64,000 nucleotides of DNA from Parcubacteria bacterium C7867-001 (lineage in GTDB: Bacteria > Patescibacteriota > Minisyncoccia > Phycocordibacterales > Phycocordibacteraceae). Each line of letters begins with the position of its first letter. The first letter of the stretch is position 1. Of the stretch, positions 63,243 to 64,000 are shown piece after piece. The position numbers and the translations under genes were made by a program. The stretch is from the NCBI GenBank assembly GCA_001189095.1, contig LFCK01000001.1, forward strand, positions 20,133 through 84,132, given 5' to 3'. Below the pieces are notes generated by a model. That model did no database searches. It saw only the letters and a program-made list of their open reading frames with translations, and was not told the origin of the DNA.

Positions 63243-63716
63243 ATGAAAAAGATACAACCGTTTTTGTGGTTCAAGGAGAATGGGCAGGAGGCTATGGAGC
63301 TGTATACGAAGCTGTTTCCGGATTCGAAGATCGGCAATATAACCATGCTGCCGGACGCGCCAGGGCCTAAGGGTCAGTTCGTGGGCGAGTTCGAACTTAT
63401 GGCTGAGAAGTATATGTGCATACAGGGAGGAGAGAATCCGATGCTTGCTGCGGTGGGACCTGTATCGCTCGTCGCACTCTGCGATACACAGGAAGAGATA
63501 GATAAGCTTTGGGATGCCTTCAAGGAGGGCGGGAAGGAAATCGCGTGCGGCTGGATTACAGATCGCTTCGGCATTACGTGGCAGGTCACGCCGACCGTAC
63601 TCGGCGAATACATGAGCGATCCAGATCAGGAGAAAGCGCATCGCACCGCTATCGCGATGATGAATATGGTGAAGTTCGATATCGCTGCCCTCAAACGCGC
63701 GCACGACGGCGAATAG
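63243..63716 (+). CDS. VOC/PhnB (3-demethylubiquinone-9 3-methyltransferase-like) family protein
   Basis: KIQPFLWF, QEEIDKLW, CGWITDRFGITWQV, MM.MVKFDIA.L. Confidence 0.9.
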   Translation: MKKIQPFLWFKENGQEAMELYTKLFPDSKIGNITMLPDAPGPKGQFVGEFELMAEKYMCIQGGENPMLAAVGPVSLVALCDTQEEIDKLWDAFKEGGKEIACGWITDRFGITWQVTPTVLGEYMSDPDQEKAHRTAIAMMNMVKFDIAALKRAHDGE

Positions 63717-63721
63717 CGCCT

Positions 63722-64000
63722 CTAGAGTGAATCCAAGCCCTCGGAAACCGTGACAACACGGACGTTATTTGCTTTGAGGTAATCCACGAGCTGATTGAAG
63801 AGTGTGGGCGTGATGCAGTATTGGTCCGAGCAGGAGCTTTGTACTTGGTGTGCGGTCAAGATGAGCCAGCGCTTATTCGCTAGCGCGGTGTCTACTCGGT
63901 TCTTAATCTCTGTCCAGGTGGTCGATGATTCGAGACCGTATCGCTCGAGCTGGTACGGATCTGATGCGAGTGTGACGTAGCCGCCGTTCGAGCTCGCGGC
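63722..64000 (-). CDS. 3' end of a polysaccharide deacetylase-like (NodB/CE4) protein, truncated by window edge
   Basis: Manual translation ...DPYQLERY...WLILTAHQV...FNQLVDYLKANNVRVVTVSEGLDSL*. Confidence 0.7.
   Translation of the reverse strand, partial: AASSNGGYVTLASDPYQLERYGLESSTTWTEIKNRVDTALANKRWLILTAHQVQSSCSDQYCITPTLFNQLVDYLKANNVRVVTVSEGLDSL

Overview
Core-genome segment of a small-genome bacterium. The gene content and style point to Patescibacteria/CPR, Parcubacteria-like (inferred; standard code 11 fits throughout). Housekeeping content: a non-oxidative pentose phosphate and sugar cluster (rpiB, rpe, split transketolase, PfkB kinase, class I aldolase), translation genes (rplY, rpmE, prfA, rpsB, tsf, tRNA-Thr, single-chain PheRS, ThrRS without an editing domain, rpmF, rpsP, trmD), and gyrB, dnaE, rnhB, a nusB-NUDIX fusion, rnc, a short smc, rnr, rpoBC, dnaG and rpoD. 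Accessory content: (1) an Lnt plus two surface proteins that share a conserved C-terminal module ending F-x-E-F; (2) a sortase locus whose putative substrate (VPYTG + TM) carries a long cytoplasmic tail resembling the DnaX collar domain; (3) an AT-rich three-gene island ending in a PIN nuclease; (4) many small orphan genes with their own SD, often with a promoter and terminator. Most core genes look leaderless (a -10 box 6-9 nt before the start codon), including one palindromic -10 shared by divergent dnaE and rnhB. A structured 5' leader precedes rpoB. No CRISPR array, rRNA, integrase or transposase was seen. All family calls come from motif recognition, not database searches.
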